NCBI GenBank assembly: GCA_963843845.1
Contig: CAWJMB010000004.1
Coordinates: forward strand, 1-53,505
Source: an uncultured Gemmatimonadaceae bacterium
Lineage (GTDB): Bacteria > Gemmatimonadota > Gemmatimonadetes > Gemmatimonadales > Gemmatimonadaceae
Reading direction: 5' to 3'
DNA length: 53,505 bases
How positions within the stretch are numbered: the first letter of the stretch is position 1; each line of letters opens with the position of its first letter. The notes under the pieces were generated by a model. The model searched no databases. It was not told where the DNA came from and worked only from the letters and a program-made list of their open reading frames with translations. Positions 9,720-21,209 of the stretch are shown one piece after another. The translations under genes were made by a program, and so were the position numbers.

Positions 9720-12700
9720 ATGTCCGACGCCGACCCGCTCGCCCCGTTCCACCCGCTCGTCGCCCGCTGGTTCACGGAGACGTTAGGCACCCCCTCCGCG
9801 CCCCAGCGCGCCGGCTGGCCGGCCATCGCGAACGGCGACGACACGCTGATCCTCGCCCCGACCGGGACCGGCAAGACGCTCTCGGCGTTCCTCTGGGAGC
9901 TGAACGCGCTCATCGTCGACGGGCAGCGCGGGCCGCTGCCGAACGCGGTCCACCTGCTCTACGTCTCGCCGCTCAAGGCGCTGAACAACGACGTGCAGCG
10001 CAACCTCGAGACGCCGCTCGCGGAGTTGAAGGAGCGCTTCTGGGCGGCGGGCGAGCCGTTTCCCGAGATCCGCGTCGCCGTGCGCACCGGCGACACGCCG
10101 CGCACCGAGCGCGCGCGGATGCTGCGCCGGAACCCGCACGTCCTCATCACGACGCCGGAGTCGCTGCACATCCTGCTGACGAGCGTGCGCGGCCGGACGA
10201 TGTTCACGCACCTCCGCGCCGTCATCGTCGACGAGATCCACGCCGTCGCCGGCACGAAACGCGGCGCCCACCTGGCACTCACCCTCGAACGGCTCGGCAC
10301 CCTCGCCGCCGACGCGCGCGAGCGCGTGACACCGCAGCGGATCGGGCTCTCCGCCACGCAGAAGCCGCTCGACGAGATCGCGCGGTTCCTCGGCGGGTGC
10401 GACGCGCCGGCGGCGGACGGCGCCCCGCGCTATCGCCCCGTCACGATCGTCGACTGCGGGCTCGTCAAGCGCATGGAGACCGAGGTCGTCTCGCCCGTCG
10501 AGGACCTCGCGCACGTCGACGGCACGATCTGGCTCGCCGTCGCGCCGCTCGTGCTGCGACAGATCCGCGCGGCGCGCACGACGCTCGTCTTCGTGAACAA
10601 CCGCGGGCAGGCGGAGCGGATGGCGGCGCGCGTCAATCAGCTCGCGGGCGAGGAGACGGCGCTGCCGTATCACGGGTCGCTGTCGCGCGAACGGCGGCTC
10701 CTGCTCGAGGAGCGGCTCAAGCGCGGCGAGCTCGCGCGCCGTCGTCACGACGAGCTCCCTCGAGCTCGGGCATCGACGTCGGCTCGGTCGACCTCGTCGT
10801 GCAGCTGCAGAGCCCGAAGCGCGTGAGCGCGGCGCTGCAGCGCGTCGGGCGCGCCGGACACACGTTGGGCGCGGTGAGCCGCGGCGTGTTCGTGCCGACG
10901 TTCCGCGACGACGCGCTCGAGGAGCTCGCGATCCTCGCCGCGATGCGCGACGGCGACGTCGAGCCGACGCGCGTCGTGCAGAACGCGCTCGACGTGCTCG
11001 CCCAGCTGATCGTCGCGATGGTCGCCTCCGACGAGCCAGTGGACGGCGACGGCGCTCTACGACTTCGTGCGCCGCGCCTACCCGTACCACGCGCTCACCC
11101 GAGGCGCGTTCGACGAGACGCTCGCGATGCTCGCCGGCAAGTACCCGAGCGACGTCGCCGCGGAGCTCGACGCGCGCGTGCACTGGGACCGCGTCTCCGA
11201 CCTGCTCACGCCGGCGCGCGCGTCGCGCCTCGTCGCCACGATCTCCGGCGGCACGATCCCCGACCGCGGGCTCTACACGGTCAACCTTCCCGACAAGACG
11301 CGGCTCGGCGAGCTGGACGAGGAGTTCGTGCACGAGTCGCGCGTCGGCGACGCGTTCCAGCTCGGCAGCTCGACGTGGCGCATCGCGTCGATCGAGCACG
11401 ACCGCGTCGTCGTGACGCCGGCGCCCGGCGCGGCGGCGCGGATGCCGTTCTGGCACGGCGAGTTCATGGCGCGCTCGCTGCACCTGACGCCGCGCGTCGG
11501 GGCGCTGCGCCGCACGCTGAACGAGGCGACGACGATCGACGCCCTCGACGCGATCGCCGCCGAGTACCGCGCCGACCGGCAGACGGTGCAGTCGCTCGCC
11601 GAGTACGTGCAGGCGGAGCGCGAGATCCTCGGCGTGCTGCCGGACGATCGGCAGCTCGTGCTCGAGCACTTTCGCGACGAGGCGGGGGCGGTGCGCATGG
11701 TGCTGCACGCGCCGTTCGGCGGGCGCGTGAACGCGCCGTGGGGGATGGCGCTCGCGCGGCGGCTGCGCGAACGGTTGGGCACCGACGTGCAGGTCCAGAC
11801 GACCGACGACGGGATCATGCTGCGCCTGCCCGACCTCGGCATGGATCCGCCGACGGACGTCGTGCGATCGACAGGCGCCGTGGAGATCGAGCGGCTGCTC
11901 CTCGAGGAGGTCGGCGGGTCGTCGCTCTTCGGCGCGCGCTTCCGCATGAACGCGGCGCGCGCGCTGCTCCTGCCGCGCGGCAACCCGCGCCGCCGCATGC
12001 CGCTCTGGCTCCAGCGCCTCAAGGCGGCGGACCTGCTGCAGGCGGTGCGGCCGTACCCGTCGTTCCCGATCGTCGTCGAGACGTATCGCGACGTGCTGCA
12101 GGACGCCTTCGACCTCGACGGGCTGCGCGACGTCGTCGGCCGCGTGGCGAGCGGAGCGCTGGGCATGCGCGTGGTGCAGACCGAGGGCCCGTCGCCGTTC
12201 GCCGCGTCGCTCCAGTTCGGCTTCGTCATCGACTGGCTGTACGCCGACGACACGCCGCGCGCCGAGCAGCGCGCGGCGCTGCTGTCGCTCGACCGCGCGC
12301 TGCTCGACGAGCTGATGGGCGGCCGAGGGGGCCGACGAGTCGACGCTCGCCGTGCTCGACGAGGTGCTCGCGCGCCGACGCGGCACCGCGCCCGGCCGTC
12401 AGGCGCGCGACGCCGACGAGCTCGCGGTGCTCGTCGACCGCGCGGGCGACGTGACGCGCGCCGAGCTCGCGGCGCGCGTGGCGCCGCCGCACGAGTGGAC
12501 GCGCGGCGATCCGCTGGCGGCGTTGCAGGCGAGCGGGCGGCTCGGTGGAGCCGTGACCGTACCGATCGGGGGATCGGGGATCCCGCGCACGTCGCCTCCT
12601 CCTCGTCGACGCCTACGCGCGCTACGCCTCCGCGTTCGGCGCCGGGTCGTTGGGCGGCGGCGCGCAGGTGCCTGCACCGCTCCGCGCCGCCGCGCTCACG

Positions 12701-14332
12701 CCGAACGCGGCGCGTCGAGACGTGCTCGCGCGCTTCGTCGCGCTCGCCGGGCCGGTGAGCGTCGACGACATCCAGCGCGCGCTACGGATTCTCCGCGCCG
12801 TGGATCGAGCGTCGCCTCGCGGAGATGGAGCGTGCCGGACATCCTCGTCCGCGGCAGCTTCGGCGCCGACCGTGCGACCGTTCGCTGGTGCTCGCGCCGG
12901 CTGCTCGAGCAGGCGCGGCGGCGCGAGCTGGCGCAGGCGCGCCGGCAGATCGAGGCCGTCGACCTCCCGGCGTTCGCGTGGTTCCTGCAGCGGTGGCAGC
13001 ACGTCGCAGCCGACACGCGCGTCGACGACGCCGAGCCGGTGGTCGATCAACTGCTCGGCCTCGCCCGCCCCGCGGCGGCGTGGGAGCGCGACTATCTCCC
13101 GGCGCGCGTGGAGCGATACGCGCCGTCGATGCTGACGCGGCTCACGTCCGGCGGAGGGATCGTGTGGGCGGTCGACCCGTCGTCGGAGCGACTGCGCTTC
13201 TTCGCGCGCGGCACGGGCCGGCTCTGGCTTCCGCCCGTCGTCCCGGCCGACGCACCGGGCGCCTCGACCGCCGCGCCGAGCGACGCCGCGCGCCAGGTCC
13301 ACGACGTGCTCCGCGCCCAGGGGGCCTCGTTCACGCTGGACCTCGCGATCGCCACCTCGTTAGGCACCCGGCGCGTGCGCGACGCGCTCCGCGAGCTGGT
13401 GACGGCGGGGCTCGTCACGAACGACACCGTCGGAGTCGATGCGCGACGTGCTGCGCTGGACGCCGGTCTTCGCGAATCGCCGCGACGACACGCCCGACCC
13501 CGCGCGCTGGCTCCCGGCCGACTTCACGCCGTCGCGCCCGGTCGTGCAGCGGCGCGTGAACCCGCGGTCGCTCGCGCGCTGGAAACGACCCGACCGACCC
13601 GACGGAGCCGCGAGCTGGGGCGGCCGGTGGTCGCTCGTGCACACGCCCGGTGTGTTGGGCACCACGATGGACGCCGACGACGGCCCGTCGGACGCCGAGC
13701 TCGTCGCGCGGCAGTGGCTCGCGCGCTACGGGATCGTGAGCCGCGACTGGTGGCGGCGCGAGCGGCCGGCGGTGCCGTGGCGCGCGATCTATCACGAGCT
13801 GAAGCGGCTCGAGTTCCGCGGCGAGGTGCGGCGCGGGTACTTCGTCGCCGGGCTCGCCGGGGCGCAGTTCGCGCTTCCCGAGGCGGTCGAGCTGCTGCGC
13901 GCGCCGAGCGGGTCGCCAGACGCCGCGGCGCCGGTCGTGCTCACGACGTCCGATCCGTCGAACGTCTACACGCTGCCGCTCGCGGCCGGCGCCCGGTCGG
14001 CTGGCTCGGCGCACCCCTCGCCCGACCCGCTCGCCCGCCCGCGCGGCACCGGCGCGCTGCTCGTCACCGTCGCCGGCCGCGTCGTCGCGACCGCCGAGGG
14101 GCGCGGAACGCGGCTGCGCGTGCGCGACGCGGCGGGGGAGGAGGTCGTGCGCGCCGCGGTGCGCGCCCTCGTCGAGCGCCTCGTCGCGCCGAACGAGCGC
14201 GGGCGGCGGCACGACGTCACGATCGAGACGATCGACGGCGTGGCGGCCTCGGCGTCGCGCCGGAGCGACCTGCTGCGCGAGGCGGGGTTCCGCGCGTTAG
14301 GCACCTCGATGCGCCACTACGCGCGCGTCTGA
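9720..14332 (+). CDS. lhr: Lhr-family SF2 DEAD/DEAH helicase, full-length type with C-terminal winged-helix/glycosylase-like region; several frameshifts
   Basis: APTGTGKT, SPLKALNND, TTPESL, DEIH, GLSATQ, QRVGRAGH, GTIPDRG, LGELDEEFVHESRVGD, PSPFAASLQF, GEVRRGYFVAGLAGAQFA. The motifs are spread over ORFs 9711..10826, 10397..12454, 11067..12758, 12352..14352 and 13439..14332. Confidence 0.9.
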
Positions 14333-14410
14333 CGCGCGGCCGACGCGTTTGACGAATGCGTTCCCCGACCGTATTCGACTACGTCTGACGACCGCACCGA
14401 ACGCCCATTC

Positions 14411-14845
14411 GTGTCGACCGACCGACCGCCCTACCTTCCCCGCTCCGGCGACGTGCTCGTCGCGCTGCCGCACACGCTGACCCACGCGACGCGGACGCTG
14501 TTCGAGACGCGCGCGCGGAGCGCGCTCCCGGTCGGCGCGGCGCCCGGCCTCGGCCCGCGGCTCGTGCTCGACGCGCGCGGCTGCGCGATCATCGACGACG
14601 CGGGGCTCGCGACGGTGCGCGCGGTGCGCCGCGCGGCGGCCGCGGCCGGCGTCGACGTCGTCGTCGTCGACGCGGCGCCGGCGCTCGCCGGGTGGCTCAC
14701 GAGCGGGCCGGAGGCGCCGATGTCGCTCGAGTTCAGGGAGGAGGCGAGCGCTGCTCCCGACTCGGCGCCGGACGACACCGGGATCCTCCGACTCGACGAC
14801 GCGGCGCGGGCGCGGCTGGCCCGGCGGAGACGGCCGAGAGAATAG
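14411..14845 (+). CDS. STAS-domain (anti-sigma antagonist-like) protein
   Basis: RLVLDARGCAIIDDAGLATV resembles the STAS 'vvlDlsgv.fiDSsGl' motif, with the usual phosphoacceptor Ser replaced by Asp. Confidence 0.6.
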   Translation: MSTDRPPYLPRSGDVLVALPHTLTHATRTLFETRARSALPVGAAPGLGPRLVLDARGCAIIDDAGLATVRAVRRAAAAAGVDVVVVDAAPALAGWLTSGPEAPMSLEFREEASAAPDSAPDDTGILRLDDAARARLARRRRPRE

Positions 14846-14946
14846 CCGCGTCCGTTTTTGGTGCGCCGACGCGGCTCCGAGAGGCGAGGCAGGTGTATAG
14901 CATGTACCGCATCCGCGGTCCCACTCACCTCGCTTTCGAGCACGAC

Positions 14947-16948
14947 ATGCGATCTTTCTCTCGTTGGCTCTCCGCGGCCCTCGTGGCCGCGGGCGGCGCC
15001 GCGTCGCTCGCCGGCGCGCAACAGGCGCAGCCGCCGCGCAAGGACCCCGCCCTGACCGCCCGCGGCGTCGGCGACACGTCGATCTTCGCGCCGTTCGAGT
15101 ATCCGACGGCGAACGAGTTCCGCTCCGGCGCCGGGCGTCCCGGGCGGCGCTACTGGCAGAACCGCGCCGACTACACGCTGCACGCCACGCTCGACACGGC
15201 AGCCAAGTCGCTCGCCGGGTCGATGACGCTCAGGTACACGAACAACTCGCCGGACACGCTGACCTACGTGTGGATGCAGGTCGAGCAGAACGCCTTCCGC
15301 GGCGGGTCGCTGAACACGCTCGTCTTCGCTCCCGACTCGCGCTTCGGGTCGCGCGACTTCGAAGGCGGCACCGTGTTCGACCGCTTCGAGCAGCGACCGA
15401 CGACGGGAGCGACGTCGCGAGCGCAGCGCGGGATCGCCCTGAAGACGCGCGTCGACGGCACCGTCATGCGCGTCGACCTCGCGCAGCCGCTCGCGCCCGG
15501 CGGGTCGGCGACGTTCGACGTCGCGTGGCACTTCCTCGTTCCCGAGCACGGCGCCGACCGCATGGGGCGCGACGGTGCGCTCTACGAGCTCGCGCAGTGG
15601 TACCCGCGCATGGCCGTCTACGACGACATCCGCGGCTGGAACACCGAGCCGTACCTCGGCCAGGGCGAGTTCTACCTCGACTTCGGCGACTACGACCTGA
15701 GCGTCACCGTGCCGGCGGGCTACATCGTCGCCGCGACCGGCGCGCTCGTGAACGCCGCCGAGGTGCTGCCCGCCGCGCAGGTGCGGCGACTCGCGCAGGC
15801 CGTGAAGTCCGACACGCCGATCCACATCGTCACGCAGGCCGAGCTGCAGAGCGGCGCCGCGCGCCCGCGGAAGACCGGGATGTTGACGTGGCGCTTCCGA
15901 GCCGAAGAACGTGCGCGACGCCGTGTTCGCCGCGAGCCCCGACTACCTGTGGGACGCGTCGGGCTACAAGGGCATCCTCGCGATGGCCTACTACCGGCCG
16001 AGCGCGATCGAGACGTGGAAGGACGCGGCCGACATGTCGCGCACGTCGGTGCAGGAATACTCCGAGCGGTGGTTCCCCTACCCCTGGCCGCACGTCTCGG
16101 CCGTCGAGGGACCGATCAGCGGGATGGAGTATCCGATGATCGCGATGGAGAACAAGAGCGCCGACAAGTACGACCTGTACAACGTCGTCACGCACGAGAT
16201 CGGGCACATGTGGTACCCGATGATCGTCGCCTCGAACGAGCGCGTGCACATGTGGCAGGACGAAGGGCTTCAACACCTTCATCAACTACTTCGCCGAGGC
16301 GAAGCGCTACCCCGAGAAGGGGAGCTACGCCGACGCGTGTCGCGGAGAACCGCCGGCTGGTCGAGCAGTACATGATGCGCGACCTCGACGAGCCGCTCGA
16401 GATCAACCCCGACCGCATCAACCCGCAGCTGCTCGGCGAGAACGCGTACGTGAAGACGGCGGTCGGGCTCGCGCTGCTGCGCGACGAGATCCTCGGGCCG
16501 CAGGTGTTCGACGAGGCGTTCCGCGCGTACACCGCGGCGTGGGCGTACAAGCACCCGGCGCCGGCCGACTTCTTCCGCACGATGGAGAACGCGAGCGGGA
16601 AGCGCCTCGACTGGTTCTGGCGCGGGTGGTTCACCGAGAACCCGCACTTCGATCAGCGGGTCGATACGGTCGTGACGCGCCAGCGCGGCGACACGCTCGA
16701 CGTGGCGGTGCAGTTCGGCAACGCCGCGCGCGGCGTGCTCCCGATCCACGCCCGCTTCACGTTCACCGACGGCACGACGCAGACCTTCGACTACCCGGCC
16801 GAGGTGTGGAGCACGAACACGTCGCGCTACGTGCGGCGGTACGCGTTCGCCGGCAAGACGCTGGCGAAGGTCGAACTCGATCCGGAGCTGCGGCTCGTGG
16901 ACGTCGAACCGCGCGAACAACGTCTGGACGCCGAAGTCGGCGATGTAG
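14947..16948 (+). CDS. M1-family zinc metallopeptidase, secreted; frameshifted
   Basis: Signal peptide, YWQNRADY, AQWYPRMAVYDD, GMEYP, HEIGH (HExxH)...WQDEG. Frame changes near 15905, 16270-16340 and 16910. Confidence 0.88.
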
Positions 16949-16950
16949 CA

Positions 16951-17085
16951 CGCACCGCCGTTCCTCGTCCGCGTACCCGGCCCCGCATCGCCGCGGCTCG
17001 TTCCCCATTCGACCGCGGTGCCACTGCGGCTGAACGGCGGTGATCCGGAGCCGAGCATGCGGACGAGGTGGGGCGGAGATGGGGG
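16951..17085. repeat. Palindromic intergenic element, family shared with 43615-43825
   Basis: CCTCGTCCGCGT (16963-16974) pairs with ATGCGGACGAGG (17057-17068). The inner segment CCACTGCGGCTGAACGGCGGTGATCCGGAG (17021-17050) matches the reverse complement of about 43668-43697 with 3 mismatches. Confidence 0.7.
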
Positions 17086-17132
17086 GCGCGCGCGCCCGGC
17101 GCCCGCGGCGTGCGGTGAGCCGCGGTGCGGGT

Positions 17133-17183
17133 CGGACGCGAAACGGCGGAAGCGGCAGGTGCCCTTCCGCCGTTTCGCGTCCG
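17133..17183. terminator. Perfect 20-bp stem hairpin; possible terminator or REP-like element
   Basis: CGGACGCGAAACGGCGGAAG (17133-17152) / CTTCCGCCGTTTCGCGTCCG (17164-17183). No clear U-tract. Confidence 0.5.
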
Positions 17184-17236
17184 CCGCTTACGTCCGACCG
17201 ACCCTGTCCGCCGCATCCCCTCCCCCCTCGGTCCCG

Positions 17237-19862
17237 ATGGTTCCTCGCCCACGCCGCCGCGTCGCGCTTCCCGCCCTCGTCCTCGCTGCCGGCACACTCG
17301 CCGCGCAGGCGCTCACCGCGCAGGCGCTCGCCGCGCAGGCGCCGTCCGCGCCCCCGGCGAACCGCGCGAACTGGACGCTCGCGAACCGCTTCTCGCCGCA
17401 GTCGCTCCGTTCCACGCTCTACACCAACGGCGTCACGCCGCGCTGGCTCGGGAAGTCGGACACGCTGTGGTACAACTGGCGCGACCGCACCGGCTCGCGG
17501 TTCTGGCTCGTCGTCCCGACGGCGACCGGCACGGCGACGAAGCGCCCGCTGTTCGACCGCGAGCTGCTCGCCGCCCGGCTCTCCGAGACGTCCCGACGTC
17601 CGATCGATCCGAACAACCTGCCGTTCACGACGCTCACCTTTCTCAAGGACCACCGGTCGTTCCGCTTCACCGTCGACTCGACGCGCTACGAGTGGTCGCT
17701 CGCGACGCAGACGCTGAGATCGTTGGGCAGGCCGCCGCGCGGCGACGCGCCGGCCGACGAGGAGCGCGAGGTGGGCCGCACCAACACCGGCGGCGGCGGC
17801 GGGGCCGGCGGGCGCGGGCGCGATTTCCGCAACTGGGCGCCGGACAGCAGCGCGTTCGCGTTCGCGCAGAGCGCACAACCTGTTCGTCGTCGACGCGAAG
17901 ACGAGGCGACACGACGCAGGTCACGACGACGGCGCGCTCGACTACTCGTTCGGCTTCCGCGACACGACCGAGAACCGCCGGCAGCTCGACCGACTCGCGC
18001 AGAACGGCGGGCAGCAGGACGACGGCGGCGGGGGCGATCAGGTCGACGCCGACGACGCGAATTCGCGCGACCCGCGCGTGCGCCCGAACGTGACGTGGTC
18101 GCCCGACTCGAAGGCGTTCTCGATCGTGCGACAGGACCAGCGCAAGGTCGAAGTGAGCTGTACCTCGTCAACGTGCTGGCCGAGCCGCGGCCCGTGCTGC
18201 TGCACTATCGGTACGCGATGCCCGGCGAGGAGAACGTCGCGCAGAGCGAGCTGTGGGTGTACCGACGCGGCGAGCGCGCGGCGAAGCAGCTCGCCGTCGG
18301 GCGCTGAAGCGACCAGCGCATCATGGACGTGCACTGGCCGGTCGAGCGGCGACCAGGTGCGCCTCGTGCGCCGCGACCGTCCGCAGCGCAACCTCGAGCT
18401 CGTCGAGGTCGACGTCGCGACCGGCGCCGTGAAGACGCTGCTCGCCGAGTCGATCGAGAACGCGTCGCTCGACCCGCAGCCGGTGCGCTACCTGAAGCCC
18501 GGCGGCGACATGCTCTGGTGGTCGGAGCGCTCCGGCTGGGGGCACTGCTACCTCTACGACTTCGACGGCGGCGCCGCGCCCAAGCGCGCGCTGACGAGCG
18601 GTGCGTGGCACGCCGACGCGATCGTCGCGGCTCGACTCCGTGCGCGGGGTCGCGTGGTTCACCGGCAACGGCCGCGAGGCCGGCGAGAACCCGTACTACC
18701 ACCACCTCTACCGCGTGAACGCTCGACGGCGCCGGCCTCGACGCTGCTCGATGCCGGCAACTTCACGCACACGTCGACGATGGCGCCGTCGAAGCGCTAC
18801 ATCGTCGACAACTACTCACGCGTCGACGCCCCGACGAAGTCGGTGCTGCGCGACGCGACGACCGGGCGCGTCGTCATGCGCGCTCGAGGAGACCGACGTC
18901 TCGCGCCTGAAGGAGCTGGGGTGGAAGCCGCCCGAGACGTTCGTCGTGAAGGCCGCCGACGGCGTCACCGACATCTACGGCAACATGTGGAAGCCGTTCG
19001 ACTTCGACTCGACGCAGAAGTATCCGATCATCGCGAACGTCTATCCCGGCCCGCAGACCGAGTCGGTCACCTTCCCCTTCTCGCCGTCGAACACGCCGCA
19101 GCAGCTCGCGCAGCTCGGCTTCATCGTCATCCAGATCGGCAACCGCGGCGGCAGTCCGCAGCGCTCGCTCGCCTACCACCGCTACGGCTACTACAACCTT
19201 CGCGACTACGCGCTCGCCGACAAGAAGGCCGGCATCGAGCAGCTCGCCGCGCGGCACCCGTACATCGACATCGACCGCGTCGGCATCTACGGGCACTCCG
19301 GCGGCGGCTTCCTCACCGCCGCGGCGCTCATGCTCCCGCCGTACAACGACTTCTTCAAGGTCGGCGTGGTCGGAGTCGGGCAATCACGACAACAACATCT
19401 ACAACCAGAACTGGAGCGAGTGGAACCACGGCCTGCGCGTGATGGCCGCGAAGCCGGTCGACAGTGCGCGCGCGGGGCGCGGGGCGGGGGCCGGCGGCGC
19501 ACGCAGCCCCGGCACGTCGTCGGTGCCGACCGGTCGAGCCGCGGCGACCGACACGTCGACGTCGATGATGGACACGACGCGCTACGAGATCCGCATCCCG
19601 ACGAACGAGCGAGCTGGCGGCGAACCTGAAGGGAAGCCTCATGCTCACGACGGGGGACCTGGACAACAACGTGCACCCCGGCGGCACGATCCGCCTCGCG
19701 AACGCGCTCATCAAGGCGAACAAGCGGTTCGATTTTCTCATCGTGCCGGGGCAGCCGCACTCGTACCGCGACATGGTGAACTACACGAACCGGCGGATGC
19801 TCGAGTATTTCGCGGAGCGACTGCTGGGCGACCGGTATCAGGGAGCGGCCTTCCAGCCCTGA
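17237..19862 (+). CDS. S9B dipeptidyl-peptidase IV-like serine peptidase; heavily frameshifted
   Basis: Signal peptide, beta-propeller motifs ([17 protein letters not shown]), [13 protein letters not shown], nucleophile GHSGGG, DNNVHP, His in PGQPHSY. Confidence 0.88.
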
Positions 19863-19988
19863 GCGGGCGTCGCTCGTGTCCGCGTCGGACCCGGCGGCTG
19901 GCGACTGAACTTCCGGCGGGGTGGAGACGAGACCTCAGTCCGTCTCCCCCACGCCCTCGCCACGCCCCCTCCCCGCCGGTCGCACTCG

Positions 19989-21209
19989 ATGCAGATCTCC
20001 CAACACCGCTGGACCCGCGATACGGGCTGGGTCCCACCGCTCCCCGCCCCCTCGGCCCCGGCCGACGGCGGCTCCCAGCTCGTGCTCACGTTCGGGCCAC
20101 GGCCGGTCGACCCGGCGGCCGCGCCGGGGGACGCGACCCGCGACGCGGCGCTCGGGGCGGCATTCCCGCACGCGCTCCACGTCTTCTGCTCCGGCGGTGG
20201 CCAGATCGCCGCCACCGAGGTGCTCGACGACGCCACGGTCGTCTCCGCCATCACCTTCGACCGGACGGCGGTGCGTGGGGTGCACGCGCAGCACACCGGC
20301 GACGAGGACAGCGCGGCGGTCGGCGCGCGCCTCGCCGCCCTCCTCCCGGCGGCGGGGCTGCGGCACGTGCTCGTGTTCTCCGACGGACTCCGCGTGAACG
20401 GCAGCGCGCTCGTGCGCGGCCTCGCCGACTCGCTGCACGGCGTCGCGATCACGGGCGGTCTCGCGGCCGACGACGACCGGTTCGAGGCCACGCTCGTGAG
20501 CCTCGGGGTCGGGGGCCCGGGCGTCGCGGCCCCGGGCGGTGTCGCGGCCGTCGGCTTCTACGGCGATGCGCTCCGCGTCGGCACCGGCACGCTCGGCGGG
20601 TGGGACATGTTCGGCCCGGACCGGCTCGTGACGCGGAGCGAGGACAACGTGCTCTACGAGCTCGACGGCGAGCCTGCGCTCGCGCTCTACAAGCGCTACC
20701 TCGGCCCCTTCGCCGAACAGCTGCCGGCGAGCGCGCTCCTCTTCCCGCTCAGCCTCCGCACGACCCGCGACGCGTCCTGCGGCGACGCGGGCGTCGTGCG
20801 CACGATCCTCGGCGTCGACGAGGCGGCGGGCAGCATGACGTTCGCCGGCGACATCCCGCAGGGCACCTACGCCCGCCTCATGAAGGCGAACATGGACCGC
20901 CTGATCGACGGCGCGACCGGCGCCGCACAGTCGGCGGCGGCGAGCGGTCCGGAGCCGCTCGCGGCGAACGACGCGTCCGGCGACGTGTCGGCGGCGCGCT
21001 TCGCCCTCCTCGTGAGCTGCGTCGGGCGCCGGTGGGTGCTGAAGCATCGCGTCGAGGAGGAGCTCGAAGGCGCGCAGGAGGTGCTCGGCCCGAGGACGAC
21101 GCTCGCCGGCTTCTACTCGTACGGCGAGATCTCCTCGGCCACGCCGCACGCGCGCTGCGAGCTGCACAACCAGACCATGACCATCACGACCCTCAGCGAA
21201 GCCGCATGA
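19989..21209 (+). CDS. FIST-domain (NosP-like) sensor protein
   Basis: [69 protein letters not shown] are typical FIST N/C motifs. Confidence 0.9.
   Translation: MQISQHRWTRDTGWVPPLPAPSAPADGGSQLVLTFGPRPVDPAAAPGDATRDAALGAAFPHALHVFCSGGGQIAATEVLDDATVVSAITFDRTAVRGVHAQHTGDEDSAAVGARLAALLPAAGLRHVLVFSDGLRVNGSALVRGLADSLHGVAITGGLAADDDRFEATLVSLGVGGPGVAAPGGVAAVGFYGDALRVGTGTLGGWDMFGPDRLVTRSEDNVLYELDGEPALALYKRYLGPFAEQLPASALLFPLSLRTTRDASCGDAGVVRTILGVDEAAGSMTFAGDIPQGTYARLMKANMDRLIDGATGAAQSAAASGPEPLAANDASGDVSAARFALLVSCVGRRWVLKHRVEEELEGAQEVLGPRTTLAGFYSYGEISSATPHARCELHNQTMTITTLSEAA

Noticed and set aside
18305..18307. In-frame TGA in the S9 peptidase as selenocysteine or readthrough
   Set aside because: TGAAGCGAC is most simply TGGAAGGAC (W-K-D) with compensating indels in an error-rich stretch.
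10700..19650. Multiple frameshifts in lhr, the M1 peptidase and the S9 peptidase (also about 30650) as pseudogenes or programmed frameshifting
   Set aside because: Single-base indels cluster regionally across unrelated genes whose catalytic motifs and codon bias are intact, with no slippery sites. This fits low-coverage long-read errors best; raw reads are needed to confirm.
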